From the NCBI GenBank assembly GCA_051530055.1, contig CM121341.1, forward strand, positions 13,308,784 through 13,372,783: 64,000 bases of DNA, written 5' to 3'. Made by a program: the position numbers and the translations under genes. Shown in pieces: positions 23,586 to 36,847 of this stretch. Below the pieces are notes generated by a model. It saw only the letters and a list, made by a program, of their open reading frames with translations. It did no database searches and was not told where the DNA came from. The DNA is from Neoechinorhynchus agilis. Taxonomy: Eukaryota; Animalia; Acanthocephala. How positions within the stretch are numbered: the first letter of the stretch is position 1; every line of letters begins with the position of its first letter.

Positions 23586-24755
23586 ATAATCCAAGATATT
23601 TATATTTATCTTGAAATGTTTGGATGAAGCCTCTATAAGAATACAATGAGAATTCTTATATAAACAACGACGATGCATCTAAAATACATTTATATTTATG
23701 TTTTCCCACGAAGATAATAATCCAAGACATTTATATTTCGCTTGAAATGTTTGGATGAAGCCTCTATAAGAATACAATGAGAATTCTTATATAAACAACG
23801 ACGATGCATCTAAAATACATTTATATTTATCTTTTCCCACGAAGATAATAATCCAAGACATTTATATTTCGCTTGAAATGTTTGGATGAAGCCTCTATAA
23901 GAATACAATGAGAATTCTTATATAAACAACGACGATGCATCTAAAATACATTTATATTTATCTTTTCCCACGAAGATAAAAATCCAAGATATTTATATTT
24001 CGCTTGAAATTTTTGGATGAAGCAACGACGATGCATCCAAAGTACATTTATATTTATCTTTTCCCACGAAGATAATAATCCAAGACATTTATATTTCGCC
24101 TGAAATGTTTGGATGAAGCCTCTATAAGAATACAATGAGAATTCTTATATAAACAACGACGATGCATCTAAAATACATTTATATTTATCTTTTCCCACGA
24201 AGATAAAAATCCAAGATATTTATATTTCGCTTGAAATTTTTGGATGAAGCAACGACGATGCATCCAAAGTACATTTATATTTATCTTTTCCCACGAAGAT
24301 AATAATCCAAGACATTTATATTTCGCTTGAAATGTTTGGATGAAGCCTCTATAAGAATACAATGAGAATTCTTATATAAACAACGTCGATGCATCTAAAA
24401 TACATTTATATTTATCTTTTCCCACGAAGATATATATTTCGCTTGAAATGTTTGGATGAAGCCTCTATAAGAATACAATGAGAATTCTTATATAAACAAC
24501 GACGATGCATCTAAAATACATTTATATTTATCTTTTCCCACGAAGATAATAATCCAAGATATTTATATTTCGCTTGAAATTTTTGGATGAAGCAACGACG
24601 ATGCATTTAAAATACATTTATATTTATCTTTTCCCAGGAAGATAATAATCCAAGACATTTATATTTCGCTTGAAATGTTTGGATGAAGCCTTTATAAGAA
24701 TACAATGAGAATTCTTATATAAACAACGACGATGCATCTAAAATACATTTATAAA
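23586..24755. repeat. Satellite of 131-bp and 96-bp units with a 227-bp higher-order repeat
   Basis: ATAATCCAAG-type starts at 23586, 23717, 23848, 23979, 24075 and onward. The duplicated ORFs 23941 and 24168 are 227 bp apart. Confidence 0.95.
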
Positions 24756-25109
24756 TGCATCCAAGTTTTTTAATTGATCTCGTATGCAGGTTAAATGTGT
24801 TATGTAAAAGGACAAATTAAAAATTTCAGCAAATTACGATCTATTTTATGATTTTCAGTGAATTTTTTATGCATGTTGTGTTATATTTTGTAAATAAATA
24901 TGAGAAGCAACGCTTATCATCTAGATGTACAGTCTAAAACAAGTGTATTTTCAAAAATATGTCATTCTGCTTTCGATCGTTTATCCAAAAAGTTCAATAA
25001 TTTTTTGATTTGTATTCAAAAGGATTTCATCAAATTTAATGGTAAGTGAGTACTTAGTAAAAAGTTTACATTTATTTCTTACACTTAAAAGTTCATTTTA
25101 AATTATTAA

Positions 25110-25330
25110 TGAATGATCGGAATGAAAGAGAAACGAATGAAGGATAATCGCAAACTAATAGCTAAATTGTGGAAAATAACAGGAACTCGCGTGAAACTGA
25201 AGAGCAACAAGATCAACGTTTATTTGCTGCAACACAATATAAACGCTTACGAACAATTAATGAAACTGTCTATGAACGCCATCAGCGTGTAATGATAATT
25301 GCCAAATTCAAAGACCCGAGTAAACTGAAC
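25110..25330 (+). other. Degenerate ET..Q...RL repeat coding remnant (STPR/Helitron-associated type)
   Basis: RETEEQQDQRLFAATQYKRLRTINETVYERHQR; an upstream stop interrupts the frame. Confidence 0.3.
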
Positions 25331-26099
25331 AACAACGTCAATATTGCAAAATTCAATAAAGAAGATTTAAGAAATATTTTTTTTAAATTCGTAAACATTA
25401 AGTTATTTTATTGAGTATCAATTTGTGGTTTTTTCACGGCTTATAATTTTCCCTGGGTACGGTTATGAGTTTGTACATCCCAGTTCGGATTCTCAGATAC
25501 CTCCCGGGGAGGCGGGACTGTTCAGTGAGTTTCCTCCTCCCTTCAACGAGGTATTTCGCCCCGTTTGGTTATGAGTAATCGGCGATAATCAGGAGCTTTA
25601 GTCCACTTGACCACCTCGGCACAACTACGCAGTTATTTCATAAAATTTCTATATACACAAGAAAAATGATTTGACGGGTAGGCGATTTAATCGCAGTTTA
25701 TTCAAATTGTTTGTCAATAAAAAAATTTAATCTCAGTCCCGGCTATTTATTCTGAGAAAAATAAAATTCAATGAGCTGATTATTCTAAGAATGCTTATTC
25801 GAAAAGACATGTTAAACACACATTTCACTTCTTCAATGAGCTAAAATGATGTGCAAATAGATCGTGAACAGTTCAATTTAAAATATCAACCCCAAATTAG
25901 GGCGTTTGTGGATTTATAAGGTTTCGGTGGTTTTGAACTAAAACGACGTTCAATTTTGCTTCTAATATTTATCGATGAAATTTGATGCGTTTCGGTTCAC
26001 TTCAACGATAAAATCCTGGACTCTTTAGAATGAGCATTGTAAAGTTCTGATTCACTCGATTTGACAAATGAGTTGCATCATTTCTATGGACACTGATGA

Positions 26100-27700
26100 G
26101 TCTAAATGTTCAAAAGCCTTACCTCAACAGTTGTCTTCATCATCCATTATCTCTTTAAATCATTTTGTTTCTGAGGAAGCTCTTCTGTTCCACTTTAGGC
26201 TCCATTGTATGTGTGGCGTTGATTCGACGTACAGCTTCCTTTAAGCTTTCTTCTAGCCGAGGAGGACTAATATTATGCGTGACACGATCTCGCTTCCGTT
26301 GATGGAGATCGTTGGTCACAATGTTCTATACTTTTGAAGCGCTTAGACGTCGTTTTGCTGTCGCTCACGTTTTATTATCTTGAAGAATATCTTGGTGAGT
26401 GGGATTTCTTAAAGGTTTTGTTCATCCGTTTCTTCGCAATCCATTTGATCCGTAAACATTTTTGAACTAATCATTTCAGCATTTTTCTCATTGAATATCA
26501 AAGAAGTTCCAAACTAAATTCTCGAGTTGTCTAAACTGTTCTACAAAAAAGGTCACTTTCAAACAATCGACTTTTTTAACGTCTACCAATGAACATAAAG
26601 GTCTTGTATTTACATCAGCCAAAATGAATACTTCTAATAACCGTTCTCGTGAATGTGCCTCTAAATCTTTCTTTGGTCAAACTTTTCAAAATGATAAACC
26701 ACCATGACGCTAATTTAACTCTAATTTAAACTCCCTGAATATTTATTTGTCGAAGATCGCGGAGACTGCCTTTTATCGTCTATCTGCTTTTTTATTCCAC
26801 TGTATTTTCTCTGGTGTCGTAAATTCAAATGTTTCTACCAAAAAGTTTTCCTCGCCCTTTTCGCTGTTATCGTCGCATCCGTTTTGAGTGATTTTTTTGC
26901 CGTATAAGTGGATATGTGGCAAAATATCCGCACATACGTCAATTTGACTTTAAGATTTTCAGTACAAGTGCCTAAGCCATTTTAATCACTGTATCGGGGT
27001 TATATAAAGAATTAGACAATCCTTTCTGCTGGGCTTGTTGTTAAAAGTTTTAATCGTCATCAGTTCAAATCATCGCCGTTGGCTGTAGAATTTAAAGTAG
27101 CTTGTTTATGGCGAATTGTATTCATAGCAATGTTTAAAATGGTCAATTTTAAATATCACGTCGTTTCCATTGTGCTATTTAAAATTGATTTATTGAGAAA
27201 AATTATAAACGTTCCGATTGAAACGACGAAACAGCTTTATCCTCCATTGCCTCGAGGATGTACCCAGCATTCCTTTTTTGAATCGCTGATTCTCTGATAA
27301 AAAATAGTTGGATGCATGGTTGTCCATTGTTGCTGCGCCATTTTCGAACCATGATTAAAAATTCTATGGTGCTTGGTCTGACGGCACCAATTTTCTCAAT
27401 GGCGAGATTAGTTAAAAATTTAGAGCGACGGATCAAGGCATTTGTATTTCTCCCAGTGCTCCTGAAACTGCTAGGGATATACTCCGCTATTTCGTGATGC
27501 AAAAATATCCCTAATGTACTTTAAAATGTTTCTATTTTTAAAGCCAAACGCTCAAAATGTCAGCGTTCTGAAATATGTAAATGGGCGTTCGGTAAGTTTT
27601 TTATTTATTGCCCTTAGGCTGTTAAGGAAATTCGAATTCTTTGTTATTTATACAAATCTTTTAGAGTATGTCACCATAATTTGTCTGTGTAGAAATTAAA
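26100..27700 (-). other. Unresolved coding-like region, possibly a multi-exon gene head-to-head with PMM
   Basis: ORF 27203-27502, charged low-complexity pieces, and a GAG|GTAAGG donor near 26120. No family was recognised. Confidence 0.3.
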
Positions 27701-27969
27701 ATTTTTATTGAAGCTTCCCTAAATTTTTATGTATCATAAATAGTTTTTACTCTCGCATCAGGAATGAGTATACCGAAAATCTCAAGTTCCCAGAACAGTA
27801 CTCACTAGAGAAAATCCTTAAGAATTTTTCAAAAAACATGCTGCATATGATACACTTATTTTATATCCGAATAATTATTATTTTTTATAAAAATGAGTAT
27901 TCGATATTCTCTTCGTTGCATCAATAAGTTCATAATGGGATTTCATTCTCGCTGAAGTTGTAGATATAC

Positions 27970-29729
27970 ATGAGTGATTGTGTGATATTGTTGTTCGATG
28001 TCGACGGTACTTTGACATTACCCCGACAGGTCAAGCAATACAACAAAAACATGAAAATCCATGCCTTCCATTAAGGTCATGTCATTGGAAATGGTAGAAT
28101 TTCTAAAGGAAAAATCTAAGGACTATTGCATTGGTATTGTTAGTGGATCGGACGAGAAAAAGGTAATGGAACAAATAGGAAACAATGAAGGCAAGCATTT
28201 CTTTCTATCAAAAATTGATCATATCTCTGTCTAATTAAAGCATTTTGCCATTATTTATTCAGTGAAAATGGTTTAGTCGTCCGCCGAAAGGGAGAGATCA
28301 TTTCCAAAATGGTTTTACTCCTTTAAGAGGGCAACTATTTACTCAATGTCTATCACAGAGTTTGGTTGAACATATTGGAGATGCTGAACTTCAAAAATAT
28401 CTAAACTTCTGCCTTCAATACTTATCCGAAGTAACCCTTCCATTCAAACGGTATTTCGTGCTCTAATCTTTCAAAAATAATTAAATTAGCTCGTGTTTAG
28501 AGGAACCTTTATTGAGGTTAGAAATGCGATGTTGAACATTTCTCCGGTAGGACGCGGATGTACTACAGATGAGAGGAATTTATTCGAGGCTTATGATCTT
28601 GTACGTTTTCATTACGTAGATCTCTAGATATTTGCAGTCGATCAAATTAGTTTTATAGTTCATGTGCACACTTTTTAGATAAAAATCGCACAGTTGCATT
28701 TTACTGCCGATTATCTTTGAATTTCGTGATTTCTATAAAGGTTTTTAAGTTGATTTAGATTTTTGAAAACTAAATTAACTTAAAGGAAAAAAACATTTCA
28801 CGATTGAAGAAATGCCATCTTTTTAATTTAGGATGAAACAATCTATCTATTTTTAATCGCTATCGACATTTTGAAAGTCTTTATTTCGAAAAGTTAACAA
28901 CCATTTATTTCTGAGCACACTCCTAGAATTCTATTTTCGTTACGTTGACGGAAGCTAGCATACAAAATTCCTGTTGTATCCTAAGGGCAAATTTAGCGTA
29001 AAATGTAGTAGTTGTGGTGATCATTATCCCCCAGATAAAGCGCATTTTATTGGAATGAAATATTTCGCGATCTACATAGAAACAATGACTGATGAGGCTT
29101 GGTTTCCTCGCAAAATATTTGATTTCAATAAAATATGTTTTATCCGGAGGATAATGATCATCACAACTATAACTCTATTATCCCGAAGGATTTTCTCTCG
29201 GTGATATCGTAAAATGCTTTCATCGAAATCATTGTCAGTGCTTTTATTGCCTTGTTCTATGCGACTTATTCTACGAAATCGGCAGGATATCCCACGGGAA
29301 CGTTTTGACGTGACCTGGTTCTCTCGAACTCGCTCACCCGTCCCTTTTCATAAAGAAGCATTGCATAAGGAGTAGCATGATTCATGCGCTTAAAGACAAA
29401 TTCCGTCACCTTGATTTTCATTACTCCGTTGGCGGACAAATAAGCTTTGATGTATTTCCCACCGGTTGGGATAAGCGATATTGCCTTCGTCAGTTAGAGA
29501 AGGACCGACTTGGTACTATTCATTTCTTCGGTGACAAAACCGATCCGGTGGGTACTTCCCCAATTCGACTGTTCAATAAAACATGATAAGCATGCAGGGT
29601 GGAAACGACCACGAGATTTATATGGACAGTCGAGTTATAGGACACCGAGTTCGTGATCCACAGGACACGATGAATCAAGTTAATGAAGTTTGTTTACATT
29701 ATGGCGCAGTCTGCAATCGAAAGCAATAA
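27970..29729 (+). CDS. PMM2: Phosphomannomutase (HAD family), 7 exons
   Basis: [76 protein letters not shown]. Confidence 0.95.
29009..29169. repeat. ~160-bp fold-back element (62-bp arms) in the long PMM intron; half copies at 23181-23278, 49340-49422, 57441-57523 and a degenerate one near 63549-63680
   Basis: TAGTTGTGGTGATCATTATC...GATAATGATCATCACAACTA; shared GAAATATT..AATAAA..TTTTATCCGG..GATCACCAC tail. Confidence 0.75.
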
Positions 29730-29808
29730 ATTATCTCTTTTTCGATATGTGCTATATGCCGTGCTCTGCACGTTTGTCACGCACGACAGCCCGGTGTGCG
29801 AAACTGCG

Positions 29809-32800
29809 ATGTTTCTTTATCTATTTGTGATGCTGGCTGAACATTCTTCAGAGAGAATAAACCAACGATCGGTCAGTTTTTTTATATTTCCCGTTATTCA
29901 AACCGTTTTTTGGATAGAGTGCATCATTTTTGATTAACGCCTATGAGTTATGGGACCGTGGATTCCTTGGACAAGGAGTCAGAATTAGCGTGATCGATAG
30001 CGGATTTTGTCGATACATTGGGGATAATGTAGAATTTATTCAAGATTTTCCTCAAATGTTTTCAGGGACCCATGGATGTAGGATCAATGAGATTTTAGGT
30101 ATTCCGAGAAAGTGTTTCGGGCTATGTCCGATGGCTACTCTTTATCTTCACAATGTCTTTAGTTCAAATAAGGTTAGTAAGAGGTTTGCCTCTAGGTTTT
30201 GATATCTGCATTTAGACGATTGAAACTGAGTTAGTGGTCACTGCGTTGAGAACGAGTATGAAACTTAATGTGGACATTATCAATCTTAGTTTCGGCGGAT
30301 CAGATTATTTAGATGAAGAACTCACAAATCAGGTTTGTTGCAAAAAATGCAATTCTAAATCGGATTGCGCCCGTGCCATTGCGGGAAAACCGTCCACTTG
30401 TCTCAGTCAAATAGCGAGCAGGAAATCTCAATTTTACAATTCAACAAGAAACTCCGGCAAGATTAAATTTCTGAAGCTATCTCTGAAACCTAACAGACCA
30501 CGTATACCCTCTATTTTAACGACGTATTGCGTACCGCACGAAAATCCATTTAGCACTTACATAATATCCTCTTGCCTTATCTTACGATTAAGGGTGATAT
30601 TAGGATCCCTGTGGAACGAAACCACTCCTGGATATCTACTTACAGGACCGACGAAACGAGGCTCAAAAAATAAAAAATTATTGTCTTCATTCCTTTTAAC
30701 CACACTTTCTCTGTGCCGACTTTTCATATCAGCCATCTTCCGACTTAAACACAGTTAAATGCCGCAGCCTCAAATGGAATCGTAATTGTATCAGCAGTTG
30801 GAAACGATGGTCCTTCTTTAGGGTGAGTTAGTCGTTCGTTTTAAAAGGAAATCCATCAAACTTCTTTTCAATTCAGAACTATAAAAAGTCCAGCTGACCA
30901 TCCATTGGTTATAGGAGTTGGTGCTTTTAACAGTAGCAGCGGCGACATTGCGATGTTTTCATCAAGAGGGATGACTACCCGAGAGTTGGCTTATGGATCT
31001 GGCCGAATGAAGCCAGACATTCTCGCACCAGGGATTCAGGTGGATGGCGATTGTTTGTCTAGACATCACTTTAGTACGGGAACATCGGTATCTGCAGCCA
31101 TAATCACCGGCGCCATAGCATTGTTGATGAGGTATAAAATGACTTAATTTTTATAATCCGCTTCTTTTAGTGCTCAACGGATTCTTAAACCAGAGTTGTT
31201 CGTATCGAATGGCGGATTTAAACATATACTAACTTCTACTTGCGATAAAATAAATAATCGGTCGATAATGGAACAGGGATGTGGGGTGCTCAATCTCACC
31301 CGGGCATTCAATTACCTTTTATATGAATATGAGGCTAATATTTGGTAGGACATTTAAATTAGTTTAATTTTAATTCGATAAAAAATTTAAAGGATATCTC
31401 CCGGTACAATCGATATGACCAACTGTCCCTTGATGTTTCCCTATTGCTCACAGCCATTATTTCTGGGTTCATCTCCATTGATGGCGAATCTTACAATCAT
31501 AAACGGATATGGATCCTATGGATTTCAACAAAGTCAGGTTCGTCTTCGTATACTACTTGAAGTATCCTTTGTTGCTGCTATCCACAGGTCCGATTGGTGT
31601 CTGATCTTAAAGTGGTCGATGTAGACATTGAAGTATCTTTTTCAACCATATCTGTGAAGATCAATGTCAGAGAAAATGTGTCGGCCATTATAAAAGATCG
31701 AGTAAATCTTAACATAACTGACCAACAGGTATTTGTCCTGTTTTGAATCTATGAGCTTATTAGACTGATTTTAATTTTTATACATAACCGTGACATTGGG
31801 CGCTTCTGCAAAGAACATCTTATGATAATATGTGAATTTCTCTCATATATGTTTTAATATTCGATATAAAAGTTTCACGGCTTTTACGAATTCCTTAAAA
31901 GTACTTTTTGTTGGACGCAGCCAAAAATTTCTTTTATTTCAATTATCATTCTTAACCTTTTTGTTCAATTAAAACGGTTTAATGAGCTCACCTCGTTATC
32001 TTATTCGTTTTTCATAGGACTTTCAAACAAATAATAATAGGGCGTATGTCGCGAATTGAGCATACCGCTTCGTTTATGGATAATTCAATCTCCACCGCGC
32101 TCTAAACGTATTTTATGGGATCAATATCACAGTATAACGTATCCTTACGCCTACTGTCCTACGGATCGTTTATTCCCGAACGTATTTGAGTACGACGAAC
32201 TTGGCGACCATCTTTACACGAATTTCAACCAATTATACACAATACTCGTAAAGCGTGGATACTATGTGGATGTTTTGTACGAACTTGTTAGCAGTGTTAA
32301 GCTAGCTAACTATGGTAAGTTGAACTGTGTGTTCGCGTAGGTTTTCGTTTTAAAGAATGAAAGTTTAGGCGTCTACATGATACTTGATTCTGAAAGGTGG
32401 TTTACAAGTGCTGAAATCGATTACATTTCCGAAAATTCCACAGCAGTTCTGCGTGAAAGTATCGGATTACCAATCCATCGTCATGGTTCATTTTGATTAG
32501 ATCTCATATCAAGCGTATCGAAAACGACGTTGACGTTTTCGATCAAGCCTCCGTGTTTCGCTTTAGCTCCTACTGTCCATCGCTAGACGGTGAAAATTTA
32601 AGTTCTTATGGTTTGTATATTTCGGAAATTAGAGGAATCACGAACTTTTGGGTTCTTGTGAACAAATAGGGTTGTTTATTTTGGAGTAGGTGACGGTTCC
32701 GCTCGAGTGGAGAAGTTTACTAGGTTGGGTCTTTAATCCGGTTCATTTTAGGATACATTGGAAAAATCTTGGTTTTATTATAAAATCGTGCCTAAATGCA

Positions 32801-34400
32801 GTACATTAACAAGTTTTTTAAAGGAAGTGCCTCGAGGATATGGCTTTTCAATATCATGGTATTTTGCCAATATGAACCGTACTGCCGATCAAAAGGGCAA
32901 ATTAATATGCGAATCGGCTTGTTTAAATGTCGCGTATACGCCTTCAACTATCTTCTCAGTGATCACTAAACCATTTTTAATAGCTCAAACCGTAAAAGTT
33001 CTTATGGAACAAAGGGTAGATCATTGCTCTTATTGATCTTCCACTGCAACCAAAAGAAGAATTTTCTTTGAGTTTAGAATCTTGATACTTTTACAATGCG
33101 CGACTACCGGATCGCCTCGACCTAACGCAGTCATCCCTCTCGAGTATAGTGTCCATTTTCTGCTGGTCCGATTTTTTCCACTAAAGCCATTGGTTTGACG
33201 AAGTGCGTCTCGTCTCAGTCAATAACACACGTCACTTTTAAAGCATACCCCTGCCTTATTTCCACGCCGGACTGTTTTAATTCCACTGCTATATTTGTAA
33301 TGACCAGTTGGTATAGCAAGTTCATCGTGGAAAACCTAACGATGTACGACATCCAGAAAAGGTTTGTTATTGTTTGAAAACCGCATTAAAATTCTCGAAT
33401 TTCGCAATTTTACAGACGTCGTCTAACACCAATAACGGGTGGTTCCAATATTCCATCTCTTAATCAACTTTTTGCTAAATTTGGAATTGAATTGGGGTGA
33501 GTTTTTGTTGTTACTCTTTTCCGCTTACATTTATCTTTTTAAAGTGAACATAATATTTACATAAATGAGGTTCGATTAAAGGACGGATTTCTATTCGGAA
33601 ATGGAATAATTCGATTTCCTAAAGGCGGTCATTTAATAACGAAAAATCTTTCACGCATCTCTGTGTTTATAAATCAAAAGCACCAACCAGAGTTCAGCGT
33701 TTCGAAGGCAAAAGAGCAAATCGCTGTAATCGGCTGGACAAAAAAGCCTCCGTTTATATTTATTCATACAGATGTAACCTCTGTAGACTCGTCTTACATG
33801 GATAGAGAAGGTCAGTATAAAAGATAAAAGCTTTAAATTCTAAAGCCTTGTTTTCAACCTTGAAGATGCGTTAAATTTTGTAATCGACCGGATCGATGCG
33901 TTTACACGTGATTGCCCTTAAAGCTTTTATCCTCTGTTCAAGTACACTTAAACAATCCATGGCCTATTCTATCCGCTTACGTACGCTCGCATAAGGGTTG
34001 TACGTTTGTGGCACTTTGGAACTTAATGTTCAATTACGACACTTGGTGCGTTCAGTTTTAATGAAGGCGATTGAATGGGTTGGGTTCATCTAGCGAATGT
34101 TGAGACGAAACCCTATTTCTTTACTACAGCCTTTAAAGTCGTGGCTGTATCGATTCTTAGACGACTTTTGTTCGTTCTAACGCCGCATGAAACAGTTCTG
34201 CACTCGTTATTGTGGCACATCCGTCGCAAATGGGTGCACTAGACGTGGGTTTAAAATCGAGGTACACGGCTCAATTTTGACGACACCCGATTTTTTGTCT
34301 AGTAAGCGATTAATGCAAATTAGAAAGCTAAAATGGGTTTGTTATATTAACTTTGACCGTGTTTTTGTACACAGGGGAGTACTTGTAAAATTTCGTTATT
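29809..34400 (+). CDS. MBTPS1: Membrane-bound transcription factor site-1 protease (subtilase), multi-exon; end approximate
   Basis: VIDSG, THG, GNDGP, FSSRGMTTREL.YGSGRMKPDI, GTSVS, DMTNCPLMFPYCSQP, PPRSKRILWDQYH, GDHLYTNF, TGGSNIP. Confidence 0.92.
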
Positions 34401-34983
34401 GAAACAATTTAGGGACGATTGGACATTCGTTGGCTCTTTGAAGATCTTGACTAAGGAGAATTTTACACACATCAAGTTTGAGCATAATAACTGGGGAAAA
34501 ACTATTAATGTACGAGCATTGCTTTAAATTATCGGAAAAACCTGAAGTAAACGAATTGCCATTTATTACAGCTTAAAAACCTTTTAATTAGAAAGTTCCA
34601 GCCTATTTTTGTACGTGATCCAACTTACATGTTATTCGCCATAAAATCTTTTAGTACCCGACGCTAACGTTGATACAAATGGGAGAAATTTGACTTTGTA
34701 CTTCATTCAGCACGAAGACTCGCACGAATCACTAGAAAAAGCATTTAAAACACTTATATTTACGGAATCTTATATGTATATATAGGTCTAATTTTGGTAT
34801 ATTTCAATAATTTTTTTCTATCCTTGTTTCGCTTATGACCTTTTTGGCGTGTGTCATCCTTGAGATGTTCTTAAACGAAGAATGACGAGAGTGTGTTAAC
34901 AATATAAATAATATCGCATAACTCCATTCCTTGCCTGTTTAGATTTATAATCAAAATTCGTCTGTGTTAAAATCCTATTTCAG

Positions 34984-35973
34984 ATGACTCATAACCAACA
35001 GCGATTCACTCACCATCACCACCAACAGCAACCATTGGAAGTTGTTCGTCAGAGACCAGTTCAATCAGGAACGATGCATCCTTCTCTACGAAAGCCTATG
35101 ATGGCTAGAGCTGTCACTGGTCGTGTAAAGTGGTTCAACGTTAAGCGAGGCTATGGATTCGTAAACAGAGACGATACACACGAGGACGTCTTTATTCACC
35201 AAACGTCCATAATCCGCAATAATCCTAATAAGTATTTAAGAAGTGTTGGTGACAATGAGCCTCTTGTATTTGACGTAGTCAAAGGAGAGAAAGGAATGGA
35301 GGCGGCTAATGTCACCGGCCCAAACGGAGCGCCGGTTCAGGGTTCAAGATACGCAGCAGATCGTCCTCAAAGAGAGTTCGGACCACGTCGTGGTCAACTG
35401 TATGGCTTCTATAGGAACAGAGCCGCTTATAATGGAAACAGCCAAACGAACCAAATACAAGCAGCTCCCATGATGTACCCTCCGCCAGCATTTGTGGCAA
35501 ACACAGCCGCTGCGGCTTATTTCTACCATCATCTTTACCAACAAGGAGCGCAGTTCAATCAGGCTCAATTGGCACCGCATTACTACATGGGTATACCACC
35601 CAATCAGATAAACGGATACCAAACGACGGACGAAGGCCTTTGCATTTCAACAACGGCCCCAATAGTTAACGATTATGTCAATTCACCGCTTAGTACTTCC
35701 GCAAATGATTCAGCGACACCTCCACTTCCAGATATGCCGGCACCGATGGTAACACCTCCAAGCCACCACTTGAACAATAATAATACGGCTTATTTCACGC
35801 CGCAATCTAGATCTCAAAGAGGCAGAGACCAGCAACGTAATGGGTTGAACAACTCTCATCATTCATCAGGTCATAGGCAATCGCGGGGGAGAGGACGTCG
35901 GAGTCGCAGACGTCGATACAATGGCAGGGGTGCTCGAGGATCTGCTCCATTACCGGGCCAAGGAACCCAATAA
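34984..35973 (+). CDS. YBX1: Y-box cold-shock-domain protein
   Basis: [45 protein letters not shown]...AANVTGP, with an Arg-rich C-terminus. The paralog identity is uncertain. Confidence 0.9.
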   Translation: MTHNQQRFTHHHHQQQPLEVVRQRPVQSGTMHPSLRKPMMARAVTGRVKWFNVKRGYGFVNRDDTHEDVFIHQTSIIRNNPNKYLRSVGDNEPLVFDVVKGEKGMEAANVTGPNGAPVQGSRYAADRPQREFGPRRGQLYGFYRNRAAYNGNSQTNQIQAAPMMYPPPAFVANTAAAAYFYHHLYQQGAQFNQAQLAPHYYMGIPPNQINGYQTTDEGLCISTTAPIVNDYVNSPLSTSANDSATPPLPDMPAPMVTPPSHHLNNNNTAYFTPQSRSQRGRDQQRNGLNNSHHSSGHRQSRGRGRRSRRRRYNGRGARGSAPLPGQGTQ

Positions 35974-36847
35974 ATGCGAGCGACGATTTTGTGCCAGAAA
36001 CGTGTTTGTAGCATTAGTTTTCGTGTTCGGTGTTTCTGTGAGTGATTTACGTGAGTGAAAGGGACTTGTAAATTGTTCAATGGTAAATGGAAGATCTTAA
36101 TGGGATTATTTTTGCGTTGGTATGTTCGCTCAAGAGGTATTCTGATTTTCGACATTCAATTCAAAGATTTGAGTTTTCCAAAATATTGAGTACTAAAAGC
36201 GATAAATGCTTGTTTTTACTTGTAGCGTCTAAAATCACAACACGAATTTATTGCTAGCGTGCCATTTCTATGGGTCATTTTATCCCGATATCTAGTAGCG
36301 CGTTTTCGTTGAAGCTGTTAAGACTTAACCTAGTAATGATCGCCAATTTCAATCTTAAAATATAAACCGTCATCTTCGTAAAGTATTAAATGCCTTCTGT
36401 GCGAGTAGAATTTTCTCTTGTTGTACTCAAATCCGTTTGTGTGATTCTCAATACGTAAGGCTACGACTTGAGACGAGGAAGTGCTCAGATTTGGATTGAA
36501 AACGGTTTCTTAGGCAATCATCTTGATTGTTAGCGCGACATATAGTTTTTTATTTCTTAATGTTAATAACTTCGAACTTATGGGCAGCCATGGAAGTTGA
36601 TAAATCGTGCTACAACACAACTTTGAAGCTAAAAATTACATGGGTTTAAGCGATTTCAACGCTGCATAAGTTATGAAAGTAAAATGGTAACAAACCTCAT
36701 TAAAAATAGAAATTAATTAGTGAAATCACATTAAATATTTGACATTTATCTCGTGTATAAAACGGCATTAATCTTATTGAAGAGAATTTACTACTTCAAC
36801 TAATCGAAACTGTTATAAAAATTAAAGTAATTACACTTCATTCTAAG

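Noticed and set aside
23941-24362. Duplicated 64-aa ORFs
   Set aside because: By-products of the 227-bp satellite period
26092-26125. CTGATGAG hammerhead-like core
   Set aside because: Helix II does not pair and GAA is absent
28974-29204. ORF with CSSCG as a zinc-finger or GIY-YIG fragment
   Set aside because: It coincides with the fold-back repeat in the PMM intron
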